NCBI GenBank assembly: GCA_051362555.1
Contig: CM120649.1
Location: 62,001-126,000 of the forward strand
Length of the DNA: 64,000 nucleotides
Reading direction: 5' to 3'
From: Lingula anatina
Lineage: Eukaryota > Animalia > Brachiopoda
Positions 51,101 through 64,000 of the stretch are shown here, one piece after another. The translations under genes were made by a program, and so were the position numbers. A model generated the notes under the pieces. That model was given only the letters and a program-made list of their open reading frames with translations, was not told where the DNA came from and did no database searches. Each line of letters starts with the position of its first letter. Position 1 is the stretch's first letter.

Positions 51101-52562
51101 ACTCTCATCTTATCAGTGCAGCTCATCTTACTTTTAATGTAAACGGACTAAATGTTATTTAATTGTCCTCTGATTTTCTCGGTTCTCTCTATCTACGCTG
51201 AAAGTATGTTGACTCTGAGTGCGCTGTATAGGCACTGCCGTTTCTGTCTCATCTTACTTGTAAAGATCACACGTTCAATGTTAAGTGTCATTTTATTTTC
51301 CTAATAAGGGGTGCAAATCAGCTTTGTGTACGTGATACATTGACAGTGTCTGCATGTTATAAGTCTTGCTGCGCGAATTCTAGCAGCCCGTCCAAATGGT
51401 GATCTAAACCCGAAGGATGCGGTACAGCTACAAGACAACGCTTATCCTCCCCTTTTTTTTCCAGAAAAATTGAAATTTTCTTTAAAACAGGAAATTATCG
51501 AAACTCCCTTACCATCGTCTCATAGCATGTCTTTAAATCCAGCTACAGATTTAACATACGTTTAATTTCTTTAAAGTATGACAAATTTAACGCACCTTAA
51601 GAAATCGACAAAATTGCAAGGTATAGCATTACACTATGCAGTTAACGTTAGGATGTAAACAAACGCTTTCTTCCTTTAAAAGAAAACTGAAGAGAAGAAG
51701 ATGTCTATAGATATGGAACTTAAAGAGACGTACTCCAAACACAAGGTATGTCAGCCAGTATGGAAAATCAATATAGCATCAAAGGGAGGTCACAGTGTTC
51801 CAGCCCCCCCCCCCCCCCCCCCCCCCCCAGCGCGCCCTTAGGTCGGAGATACCACTCCTGTCCTATCTTGCAGTGCAACAAGCGAAACAAATCAAAATCA
51901 AGTAATTTTTCTATACTGCAGTCAATTCTAAAGTTAACTACTTTATATCTGTCTATTACTTGGCTCTATGTACTGCAATACACTTCCAAAGTCTTCTGTT
52001 TTATATTTGTCGACTAAAACAAAGCGCAGCATTTTAGCCCAGTGTCCCAACCCGCAAGTAAAACATTTACAAATGCCACACCTAAAATAAAGGTCAATAT
52101 TCACACGACTTTTGTTGTGTACCATGGTCTGAATTTAAAAAAAAGAGAGGATTTGTCGAGTTTTTCTCTGGATTTTGACACCTAGCATTATGCATCGAGT
52201 TTAAATATGGGAACGATTATCAATATCAGTTATCCGGTTTTTACGTGTATGATATGTGTAGGGGCGTTGTTATGCATTTCTTTATGCATAAATTGGATTT
52301 CGGCTGTTATCTTCTCATTTTCTACCAAATAATTAGACAATACTGCACACTGTATACAAGTAAAACCCCCACACATACCAGCATATCATTGCCACCGCCT
52401 TTCAAATCACTGCAGTGTCTGGCTTCAACGCCCCATTCAATCACACTCATGATAGCCGCCTTGAAATAAATGATGCCGTCATAATGAGGCACGTGAGGCT
52501 ATTCTAATGACGTCATTAGTTTAAGCAGCTATTCAGCAGCACGTAAAGCAGGGTGGTAATCA

Positions 52563-52780
52563 CACTGAATCTATCGTTTTTCTTAGATCGATCCAACTCC
52601 GCGGTGACTCTCGCTGAATTTAAATAGATTAACGCTCCTCCTATTGTCCACGTGTAATCATCAGCTTTTGTGTATTGTACTCAACCCCAGGAGGAGGTGC
52701 GTTAATCTATTAAACTGATTGTATTCAGCGAGAGTCCCCACGGAGTTGGATAGATCTACGTAGAACGGTAGTTTCATTGG
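52563..52780. mobile_element. ~215-bp foldback element (aged MITE-like inverted repeat)
   Basis: Left arm TAGATCGATCCAACTCCGCGGTGACTCTCGCTGAAT...AATAGATTAACGCTCCTCCT pairs with right arm AGGAGG..GCGTTAATCTATT...ATTCAGCGAGAGTCCCCACGGAGTTGGATAGATCTA. No clear TSD. Confidence 0.7.
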
Positions 52781-53381
52781 GAATGGTCCCTAACATTGTC
52801 GTAAAACGATAGTGTCGTTAAGATACTTAGTATTCTGATCTCTCGTATTTTGACTGATGTCTCGTTAGTCTTCTCCCGAGAGTAGAGAACTGATTCATGG
52901 ACCCTTAAAGTCTTCAGTCTTACTGGCCGGGTTGAGAAGCCCTAATAGTATTTTAGTATACAGGGTAGGTTTTATTGGTTTCTTGTCGGTCAATTTGTGT
53001 GAGTTACTGTCCTTCTGCTAACCAGACTTACTGTACCTGTCTTCCTACCTGTACGCCTGTCTGTCTGTCTGTCTATCTGTCTGTTCCTACATCATATATA
53101 CAGTGAATACCTTCGTGTCTTTATGTTTGTCCATCCTCCCACTCGTCTATCCGCCTATCCAAATGTGACGGTTTCCCTTTCTTTCGTCTGTTTGCAAAAT
53201 GTTTTTTCTTAACATTACAATGCTTATAACTAACCAACATCTGCTTTTAAATAGTGTAAATAACCAAATGATACAGTATTGCCGTTTAAAAGTGATCAGT
53301 GTTTAAGTTGCAAAAAAAATTAAATGACCGCTTTGATCTCTCTCTTTCTCTCTCTCTCTCTCTCTTTCTCTCTCTCCCCCC

Positions 53382-53412
<31 letters not shown>

Positions 53413-56400
53413 GACATACAAAATCTCTCTTTCTCTTTCTCCAAATGAGCCATTAACGCATTCTCATATACAATAAATGATGGTATTATCTTCGCACGCA
53501 AAATGCTTACTAAGTCTTTAGAGACTTTCAGTCCACTGACTCGCTAGTAATATGTAATATTTGTTCTATAATGAAGCTGAACTCTCGCTCTAGGTGGCCA
53601 CGCCAGGCACAATTGGTCAGTATAAAAGCATATTTCAGCTATTTAGCCTTTGGCCCTAGCGTGGCCGCAGGGCGTGACCCCTGACCCTTGTCCAGTTCTG
53701 TAGCATAATCCCCGCGGCTATACACTAAGCATAATAAATAATCTCGTCACACAAAATGAGCGGACGACTGAGTTAGTTTTCCCATGGACATAATAACGTA
53801 AATTTGTCCACGGTTTTTCTTACTGCGAGATGTAGTTTTTAACGTTTTAAACAATAATTTTTTTAAAATAGAAGAATAAAATTTAATATGGTTTTGAAAA
53901 GTTGCCTATATGGGCTTATTAAAGTTTTCAAATTGATATTTTAGCACTTTAAGTAAAACTACAAACCAAGAAAATGTTCACCAAAGATTCCAAAACTGTG
54001 ACATAAGAGAACCTTTTTGTCTCTTTTAAATCATAAGATGAAAGAACAATCGGTATATCAGAATTTGCAGATGATCCTCACCTTTCAGCAGGTGCTTCCA
54101 GTGAAGTGAAACTGGTATAACGTACCAAAACTAACGCGTTTGATCAATTTATTTATTCTTTCAAATCAGTTATGTGTGCGCGGCTGTATTGGCTGATGTT
54201 CCAAACATGGCAAAAGGGCATATTACTACACAAAGTTCACATTTCTCATTGTTATTCCGGGTATTTTTCTTCCATTAAATATAGAAAACGTCTTTATCCC
54301 TTTCCCATACATAAAGCTAAAATTGCAATATGCAAGGAAACGAACAAACAGAAAATACTGTAGAACCTAGCCTCTTACAGCAGGGTTTCATCTGATAAAA
54401 ATTTCCTGGGAACTTTCACCGAACCTGTGAAGTAAAGTGATGCCCCTCTCTTGTCATGTGTTGTGCGAATGGCGGACCCTGAGGAAGGCACACCTGTGCT
54501 TCTTTTAACTCCTGAAGTACCATCTTCTCCCCCCCCCCCCATCCCCCCTCCCCCCCCCCCCCCCCCACTCATCCAAAGAAAAACGAGACAAAAACCTTAC
54601 CAGTTTCTACCCTTGTTACCAACATTTAATAGCTAACGTTTCCTCGTCAACTGTCTTACATTTTCAAAAATATCCTTGCCACCCCCCTCTTAAAGCAAAA
54701 CCCTGGCCCTGACGGTGCCCAATGCTTTCAAACGCAGTATTTGTATTAAACAAGTTAGCCTGTTATAATCTCTTAAATATTGCAAGAATAATGTTTATCG
54801 ATAATAACTAAGCTTTATCCAAGATGACCTCTAGAAGACTTTCTCCACATTACTGGAATAACACCACTTAAAGCCTCACTGCCTGAATTCATACTATTAA
54901 ATGTGTTCGATATCTTGATGACCCGTTTAAACATAAAAGGCGCACAGTTGAATAAGCAGTGTAGTCAGGCGGACGCTCTTCTATTATTGCTTTCTTTAAA
55001 ATATATCCAAAGAATTTAAAGAAAAGAGCGTGTTGGCACGGACGTCATTAGAACTGAATGGCAAAAATTTCTTGATGTTACGAAAGGGCCCAGAACAATA
55101 TTTATTTTTGGTGTTATTTTAGCGGTGCCTTCGGGCATCTAACTTGACAGAAATGGGTAAAATATAACATGCGATAGACCAACGTGACATATATTTGGTA
55201 ATTGTGACATTTAGAACGTTTACACATGCAATCTTTACAAACGATAAGTATACATGCATTTACCTCCCTCTTCTCCCTCCCCAGTCTCCCGCAGAAGGCT
55301 TCCCAATACTGCACATCATCGAATGACACTAGTCAATGAAGTATTCCCCAAAAACAAATTGCCTATATTTATGAAATCAATGACAAAACCGCATCATCCC
55401 GAGAATCATTCACAATGTGGTTTGTTATAGCTACAGGATCATATAATGAAACGTGTCATTTGACGTCATCTGGCAATCGGCAGAGTGGGCTGTCCGCGTA
55501 CTTACAGCCAAGCCAGTTTTTAGTCTACAATTAAAGGGCACTTCGAAAGCTGCTTCTTGAAGATCCTAATTTACGCGTCTTTGTTAAGAAATAGCATCAT
55601 CAAGTAATAATAGTAGGCAGGTTCGAGAGGGACTTCGCTCGTCTTGAGAGTGAGTTTGGCTGAGCGAAGTATACAAATACTTAAGAGTTCAAGTACATAG
55701 CAGAACGACAGATTTATTGTATTTGGCGAACAGTGGAATCCTGGATAGGGTGTATTGTTACTGGCAGCACATGCTGAGAACCCTGGGATTCAAACCATGG
55801 CCGGTATACACTCACACGCATTCTCTCTCTCTCTCTCTCTGTATGGCCATTAATATTTTGTACTTTTAAATATTAATATACATGAATATGTACTTTTACA
55901 TTTGCAAGGGCTAAAACCTGTTTTTTTCGCAGTCTTGTTTTTCGCTGTTTTTTTAAATAATTTATCTCGCCTTTTAATGTCATAGATGTTTGGGTAGAAA
56001 TGAAATATCCCCCTTTTTGTCTGAATACAACGATGTCATTTTTAAACTAATCATATTTCAGATGCAGACGTTGCCGCTCAGTGGTTTGAAATTTCCTTGA
56101 GAAATGGTAGGTGGTTGAATCACCGAAGACCAAGCATTTTTCTTGCACCCTTCTAATCTCATGTAAATTTACAACACGAATAAACCAGAGGCAATTATTT
56201 AAAAAAATATTTTGTAGTTTAACCCTACAGGACGCAGGGTACATTAAAACTAAATGACGTAAACCATAATCAAGTTCATTGTTATGTTTAACCCTAGGGT
56301 AATGAGGCAGAAATCGGCCCCTATTCACATTAAAGGTACTTTTAATAAGGTCATAGCCATAAAGTAACCCTAAAACCTTAGCTAGCGTTTGGATAGAGGT

Positions 56401-58922
56401 AACAAAACAGTCCCAAACAACACGTGCATACAAAAAAGGAGGCAAATCTTACAAAATGTAAAAAATATATGACAGACTCATTTTCTGATTTGGTTTGAGC
56501 CTTAAAACTCCAGTTCCGTTTTACTTTTGCTACATCTCAGAAATAATTCATTCGTTTTTACTGGGTAATAATGCAGAGCCTTAAAAAACAGAAGTTGTCA
56601 ACTCACCACAAACTGTCTACTCTTCGCCTAAATATCCAACTTAGAGATCCAATATTTGTCTTATGTAAAGTGCAGCTCACTTCTCCCCTAAGGCGTCATA
56701 GTTCGTGGATACAAAAATAGAAAGTCAAGCAATTTTCATCTATCCTCGTGAGTCAATTACTCTGAATAATTTTCCTTAAAAACCTTAAACAGTAAACCTA
56801 GGATCAGAATTAAGCGTCCGTCCCTGGCACAGGGGTTCCCTGTAGTAAATTATGAGATGTCCCGTTCACAAACTTCAATCTCTTCTCTGGGCTCCAGACG
56901 GTGAAATACGACTCACGACATAAGTCCAGTTTGTTTTCCACTGGTGAGTCACGACACATATCAATTGATTTACGTTGTAACAGACGTAAAAATAAAATTG
57001 TCTTAATTTTCAATTACGGTAGTGTTGATGGAATTTTAGAATTTTCAGTGCAAAGTTTACTGTGACAATTGGTAAAAATTGAATCTTTTGATTCTTTTTT
57101 TTTTCAAAAAATCCATTGCCTTTTTACCTCTAGGATACAGTCTATCCAAAAATTCTTGTCATTAAAAGCAGGTACCGTTAACTTCTGAGAGATAAATAAA
57201 TATCTGCATGACAATTTAATTTAACCTCCACATCCTCCGAAAATTTATATTTCAATGAAATTATATCACAAGTAAAGAACATCCACTCCTCCCCACCCCC
57301 CCTTGGGTCCCTCTCCGGCACAGCTCGTATGGAGCGAATAATAAACATCAGCAACTTTTGTCCTTTACAACGCCACGGTATGGAACCTCCGCCGAAATCA
57401 AAATAATAAACACTCTGCATTACATGATAAGAATTTGATTTAATTGCGGTACAGAAAGCACCGGATTACTGAACTGAACACTGCACAAATCCATCAAAAC
57501 CTCTTGCTTAGAGTTAAAAGCCTGTAAACGCTTACTTAAATTGAATTGGTGGTGACCTAGAGACACGGTCTATACAGGGGGGGTTAATTCTTTGCCTGAC
57601 TTTGATGTGGCAAATTATGTATGTAGAATTAGCAGTACTGCTCCTGTAAACGAGGTTTACATCATTTTACAATTTTCTGTTATCGGTAGCAATGCATGGC
57701 GAAATAAAAGGAGAGCTACTAGAAACTAGCGTTAAAAGAAACCAGACATTGGAAAAGGCAAACTTGCGCCAGAAGAAGTTGGATAGTGGGCATGAATTTC
57801 AGAATAAAAGTTTTATAAATTTAGTTAAGTGACACAAAAAATGAGAAAGAGGTAAAGCGCTATTGTGTTGGCAGCGTTGTTAATTCGCATTGTACTGATA
57901 CGTGGCCTTGTATTATATATACATCATATGTGTGACACTCTTGTAAATGAATTAAAAGAAGTATTGACAGATCTGTGACCCCCGCAAACCAAATATTCAC
58001 TAAACCGTTTTCCATGTTCAAGTACATTTCTTTTACATCAAAAGTCCCCTTCGCTTTTATCATATTCCTTTAAATATCCTTTCATTCTAATTTCTTTAAT
58101 TCAAATGTTTTACCCATTCATCCATTTGTTTATTTAAAGTCGAACTAGTATAGCGACATATTTGTATTTCTTTCTCTTCAAGGGAAATGTGGCATAAAAT
58201 GAGAGAGCAAGGGATTCAGGTGCAGCAGCTGGGGACTCCTCCCTTAATTTCCGCTTAAAGACGTTGATCAAATCTTAACTTGATTACCCTTGTCTTAATT
58301 ATATGAGCTGCCTGAGCCTCGGATATATCAACAGTATATATTGCTAGTTATCTAATATGTGACACAAACGTGTCTACTATTTATTTCTGTGATTAACAGA
58401 TCCGATATCGATTGGATTATCGATTAGGGTTCCATTATTAGTTGTCCTTTAGTTAATGTGCGACCCTCTAATTGATTAGAAGACATAAACGGACCAAACG
58501 AGATAATTCTCTCATCTCTGTCAAACCAATATTTCATTCAGCAGGATCCACTACTAGTTTACATGTAGGAACTGTACATTGCTCTTTCTTTCGTTTTACT
58601 TCTTTGCCATCTTCACACAAGTCGCATTGGAAAAACTATTTTTCTGAATACGTTTTGTTTGAGTAAATGCAAACACTCCACGTACGTGCTTCTCATTGAA
58701 AACTAAGTTCCCGACGAATTTGGCAGGCGAAGCAGGGTGCTCGTTCAGGTTAACAAGCCCAATTTTCGGGGCGCTGCGTTGATTTCCTATTTCCCCTGAA
58801 GGCATTCAAGTTTGCACGGAAACGAATTACGAAGATTACAATAGAATTACTCCACAAGCGCTGATATAAAAATAGAAAATTGGAGCGTTTACTTTTTAAG
58901 GCCGTTTAAGTTCACAGACGAC

Positions 58923-58957
<35 letters not shown>

Positions 58958-60044
58958 ACACGATAAGTTGGAAGGCCTATCAACTTGTACTGTTACTTCA
59001 GCTATTAAATTATGTGCCATTCGACTAACTTAAAAAACATTGGCTATTCTAAAAAAACACATGATAAGAAAAAACGCTATTATTCAAGCAGGGTCATTTC
59101 AAATCTCACGCATCAGTAACTTTTATTCGCTCGTCGCACGAAAAAACTTTTGAAATGCCAGATAAAAGACAACACCGTGTATCGGATCATAACGCTGGAA
59201 AATTGACCCTGTGAAACCAGAGGGGTACATGTAGAAGAGCGCCATTTTGTCACTGTGTACTTTTTCATCAACAAAGGTGTAAAAACTATGATAAGATACG
59301 TAGAAATAGTACTTCCAGTTTGTATATTTTGGTGTGGCTTGTTTGTGTTGGTTCAAATTTAATGGAAATATCATGAAGGGGTTGAACTGCTTGCAGATTG
59401 TTTTCTAAGTTTATACATGTAGGACTGGAATATGGCTGGTACGGCGTCAGAGTAACAGATTGGAGAGGACAGTGGAGAGAAGGGAGGAAGATAAAGGTTG
59501 AGAGATGGAAGGAACAGTGGAAAGATAGAGAAAGGAAGGGGTTAGGAAAAGTGGAGAAAGAGAGAGAGAAAAAATAACGTTCGACGGGGTTGGGAAAGGG
59601 GGGGCAGAAAAACATCATGCAATTTAGGATAAAAAAACTACATTCCGTCGGACCTGTTTCCTGCGCCATGATCAATGACAGTGCGTATGTGTGGTCCTTC
59701 TTCAGCTGACAGACGCGGGCGTGCCTTCAACATACCATACAGCACATACAGCTCTGCCAGTGACAGTGGCAAAGTTCAACCAACACGTGCTCCCTTATTT
59801 CAAAGTTACTCGGCCTAAAGGTCACTCCACAACCCCCGCCTCACCTAATTCTTGCAGTCAAAACACCTCAATAAACATATGTAAAAATAGAAAGTATATT
59901 CTGGAATTGTAAAGTGGGTGTTTTAATGCATCTCTTCCATTCTATCACAGAATATCGCTTAGTTAATATCAGTCAAAACAACCAGTCAAATACAAGGGTG
60001 CATGTTTTCAATGTATGCTGTGGAAAGCGTCAACCCTGTGGATG

Positions 60045-60062
60045 TATTATTATTATCATCAC

Positions 60063-60096
<34 letters not shown>

Positions 60097-60123
60097 GTTG
60101 TTGTTGTTGTTGTTGTTGTTGTT
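60045..60123. repeat. (ATT)n(GTT)n microsatellite
   Basis: Direct observation. Confidence 0.9.
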
Positions 60124-60206
60124 TTTAGGAAACAGATACCCTGACGATGACAATGTATACTGTTAATTTTGGAGGCACGGTTATTTAGGAAAAAAAGAAA
60201 TCAACT

Positions 60207-60221
60207 TGTGTGTGTGTGTGC

Positions 60222-60252
<31 letters not shown>

Positions 60253-60489
60253 TGTGTGTGTACTGTGTGTGTGTGTGTGTGTACTGTGTGTGTGTGTACT
60301 GTGTGTATGTGTATGTGTATGTGTGTGTACTGTGTGTGTACTGTGTGTACTGTGTGTGTGTACTGTGTGTATGTGTATGTGTATGTGTGTGTGTGTGTAC
60401 TGTGTGTGTGTGCGTGCGTGTGTGTGTGTGTACTGTGTGTGTACTGTGTGTGTGTGTGTGTGTACTGTGTGTGTGTACTGTGTGTGTAC

Positions 60490-60525
<36 letters not shown>
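60207..60525. repeat. Long interrupted (TG)n tract with TAC, TA and CG interruptions
   Basis: Direct observation; source of the CVCV/HTHT pseudo-ORFs. Confidence 0.95.
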
Positions 60526-60527
<2 letters not shown>

Positions 60528-61406
60528 CTTTGCAGCCTGGAAGGCCAGTTCTACATGTTCAATCAATCTACTCTCTTAAATTTCCTTTTCAAGGTAAGAA
60601 CATCTTTTATCATTCCGGTGTAAATAGAACGTATTGAATGTATTGTCTTCATTATTTAGTGTTAATGTAATGTAACAAATACTCCACTCACAGCTTCCGG
60701 GGTTTAGAAAAAAACTTAAGTCAACATGATTGCTTGGTGCTCTGATTATCGGGTTTTATTTTTGTTTTCTTATTTCACTGAACACGCCCCCACAGTTCAG
60801 TTAGTGTGGTAGAAAAGTGTGGTACAGAGAGGGAGGGGGTAGCAGCTGGTCAACGTTAAGCGTATATATACTGTGTCAAAAGAGGAGACTGAATATTTTC
60901 TAAACACTGATTGAAAACCGGATCTGTCATTGAAGCTAAAATATGACCTATCTGCGTCTTCGTTCTCTGTCCCCATTCAATAAAAACACTTAAAACGTTT
61001 TTATTTAAATGTGACGTGCTGTACATCTTCTCTACTGCAATGGGCCTTTTCTACCAAGTAGAGGTCCAGGTTCTCACTTAAAGTAGTGGCTTAGCAATGG
61101 TGCTTTAAATAATAAACCAGTAGTGGCTTGTAAGACACAGAAATGGTACTTTTAATAATAAACCAATAGTAAGAGGGTAGCAAGACAAGCATACTGGGTG
61201 TACTAGACCTGTTTATAGCAAATGGATGCATTTTCCTGGAAATATCAGCAATTTGTCTTTTCTCACAAAGGTATACTCGATCCACCTCTCTCTTTAAATG
61301 GATGGCAATTAAAGACAGAGAGTCAGACAGCAAACCATCATATTAAGAAATAAAAAGGCATGTATGCTCACATGGGCCAATGTTCCGTCCATAATGCACA
61401 CAAACA

Positions 61407-61470
61407 CGAGAGAGAGAGAGAGAGAGAGAGAGGCAGACAGACAGACTGACAGACAGACAGACAGACAGAT
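61407..61470. repeat. (GA)n(GACA)n microsatellite
   Basis: Direct observation. Confidence 0.9.
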
Positions 61471-62008
61471 GCAGACGAACAGACTACTGTACAGATGCCT
61501 TACACCCAAAACCATCGAGAGTCACCCAACCATTTTCCAGAAGCTTGCGCAATTTGCTGTTCAAGGTAGCAAATTTACAAACAACTACAAAACTTCACCC
61601 TAACTCACAGCACCACACGTAACGAGATAGTTTCCCTATTTCACGCTAACTGCATTTCCCTTGCATCATTACCAATAGGTTCCCTTTTTTTTCTTCTCAT
61701 TTACCATCTCTCATCCAAATTACAAGGTGTGATCCCATGAAAAATAACAGGTTCTTTTGGCAGTATTTCATCAGCTTGTCGGCTCACACCTACCCTGGTG
61801 CACACCGTAGAACTGGCACCAATGATGCAGCAGTGATTGTACTGTGGAGGATAGATAGGGGACTGGGAGGAATTTCCTAGATAGCGTTCCCTCCCACGAC
61901 TGGCAACAACACGTACGTTTTTAACCTCAAAGAAACTTCATATATGCAGTGCAGATACAACGATAAGACCTGGAGAAAAATGTACACATATCCTCCTTGA
62001 TGGAGTGC

Positions 62009-62012
<4 letters not shown>

Positions 62013-62049
<37 letters not shown>
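62013..62049. repeat. (TG)n microsatellite
   Basis: Direct observation. Confidence 0.9.
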
Positions 62050-62052
<3 letters not shown>

Positions 62053-64000
62053 CTGTATATCTGCAAGAGTTTTACACTGTGCAGAAAATGGAATAATTCT
62101 TTTAAATCGTTAAAATGGATCCGTACACAGTTATATTGCAAATATGCATGGAAATTAGATGTGTATATTTATAAAATCCTTTTCTTGAAAAAGATTTAAA
62201 AAGTTTGGGTTTTATTTCTATGTTTCAAAATACAACTAAGTAAGTTATTATATTTATTCAATCATGTTCTAGATCTCAAATCTCAGTAAGGAAATAAACA
62301 AAATGAAAAAATAAACGACACAGTTTTGAAGCTGTCTTGACCACCGTCTTTTTCATCCCATGACCGTCGAAAATACTACTTGTTTCTTTTTACTGCTTTT
62401 ATATCTTATATATGCACCTAGGCCTATCTTCGTTTTCTTGTTTGTTTTAAACTATATGCAAAATAAAATTTGCAAAGAGTTTCATTGAGTTCCTTTGCTA
62501 AAAATTGAGGGAAAAGCAAAATTTTCTCCATTTCAATCATGGTTTAAAGTAAGAATCATGAGTATAAAAAAAATCTACATGTTATACAAAATTAGTTTGA
62601 ACAAATAAAAAGTCTGTCTACATTTTTCAAAGAAACTGTTTTCTAAGAAAAAACAGCCAATGTGTTTCTAAATGAAATTTCCCCAGTAATTAGTTCTAAT
62701 CATCTCATTACGTCAAGCTGCTCCCCGGGACACAGCCAGTTTGGTCGAGTCCTGGAAGTGAGCTCCTCTTGACGTCATTGGGGAGCTCGTTGGCATTTGG
62801 AGGAACAGTCTGCCCCTGGACTTGCGTCGTAGGGGTCAAAAGTGATGGACCAGGGCTGATCTTACCATACAATATACTGAAGCATCTCGGAGCATTTTTA
62901 GACACCTCAGGTCATTCAAATGTTGGAAAAATTATCACCACCGACATTATTTGATTAAAACACTTGCACTTTTCCTAGAAAACAGTATCTGTACATGTTG
63001 AACCAGAATGCGTATCTGATAGGGGTCTAAAGGCCCTACTGTTCTGTTTTTTGGTCTCCGTAGACAATTAGGGTTATCCGTCAGTGAAGGTAGTCATAGT
63101 TATTTATACCAGACATGAAAAGTAAGCATTTCTCGAGCATCTTAATAATTGGTCATGAGTCGTAGTTTATTCTTAGTTTACTATAGGGTAAATTGCTGCT
63201 TGACCTTTACGCGAACGGATTGTGAAACATCCACTTACTGGGTACACTTACTCTGCCCTGGGCACGAAACTTGACGTTTTCTGTGAAAACATCAGGAATT
63301 AAATAATGTGTTTTTGATAATTCAGAAGTTTCGCGCGAATAGATCATTTCTGACAAATACCGCAGTTGAAATGCTGCAAGCCCAAATGAAGAACATTGCT
63401 TTTTCAGTTTTGCTAATTGGCTTTAAATGCCGCTTCAAACCGTGGCGTTCTTTCGAATATTTTAGTATTATTCAAAGCATTCAATTTTCCTCAAATAATA
63501 TGAACTTATAGGGCAACACTCATAGCGTAATCGTTTATACAAATAATTTGATATCATATAAATACAAGTGTTCCGTCTACTTTAGAAAATACCAGTAGGC
63601 CTAATGGCTTACCTTTCTGCTGAATTTCCGACATAAAACTTAATATCCCCAAATACCACAATCTAAGGCTATGGTCTAGTTTACAAGATACATTTATCAA
63701 ATAAAAAGAGTTTACTACTGGTGCAAATGTATATTTTGTGGTTTATGAGCCAAAGGTTAAGCAGGTTTATCTATATTTCTTATAGAAAACTCTCTGTTAA
63801 ATACATAGACTACACACACACTTTACCCAAAAGAGAGAGTAGTCTCAATTAGCTGACCAAGAATGATACATTTTGAGAAAATTGCATTAACAAGCAGCAA
63901 ATGAAAAAATAAATTTGTAAATCTACGGTAACTCGTTTCCGTCATGGAGACCAGCGTATAATGCCGCGTTTTTACGGTTTTCAATTTGGTTTAATTCCAG

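Noticed and set aside
53594-53670. pre-miRNA or TATA promoter (GGCCACGCCAGG...TATAAAAG...CCTAGCGTGGCC)
   Set aside because: The stem is too short with an oversized loop. The TATA box points away from AChE and no + strand gene follows.
60169-60637. Cys/Val- and His/Thr-rich ORFs
   Set aside because: Translations of the (TG)n microsatellite.

Overview
This is AT-rich, repeat-dense animal genomic DNA, most likely from a lophotrochozoan such as a mollusc (inferred from the GRL101-type receptor and HINE-type repeats). It holds two convergent genes. On the + strand is the 3' 2.7 kb of a GRL101-like (LGR type C) GPCR whose LDLa, LRR and 7TM regions lie in one uninterrupted reading frame (<2-2686). 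On the - strand is an acetylcholinesterase gene that I reassembled by hand. It has a large catalytic exon (41423-39880), a second coding exon (33328-33141), and two mutually exclusive in-phase terminal exons absent from the ORF track. One encodes a vertebrate-like T/WAT tetramerisation peptide (31736-31594; 624-aa product). The other encodes a Cys + Ser/Thr stalk + GPI-signal H-type tail (16217-16024; 641-aa product). An invertebrate AChE gene carrying both T and H exons, in the reverse of the vertebrate order, is the main finding. The rest is intron, UTR and intergenic sequence. It includes a 6.6-kb 30-bp satellite, 40-, 24-, 46- and 26-bp arrays, a Helentron-associated element, several MITEs, a decayed 3.3-kb TIR transposon, a truncated LINE and microsatellites. 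The long repeat-derived ORFs are judged non-coding.
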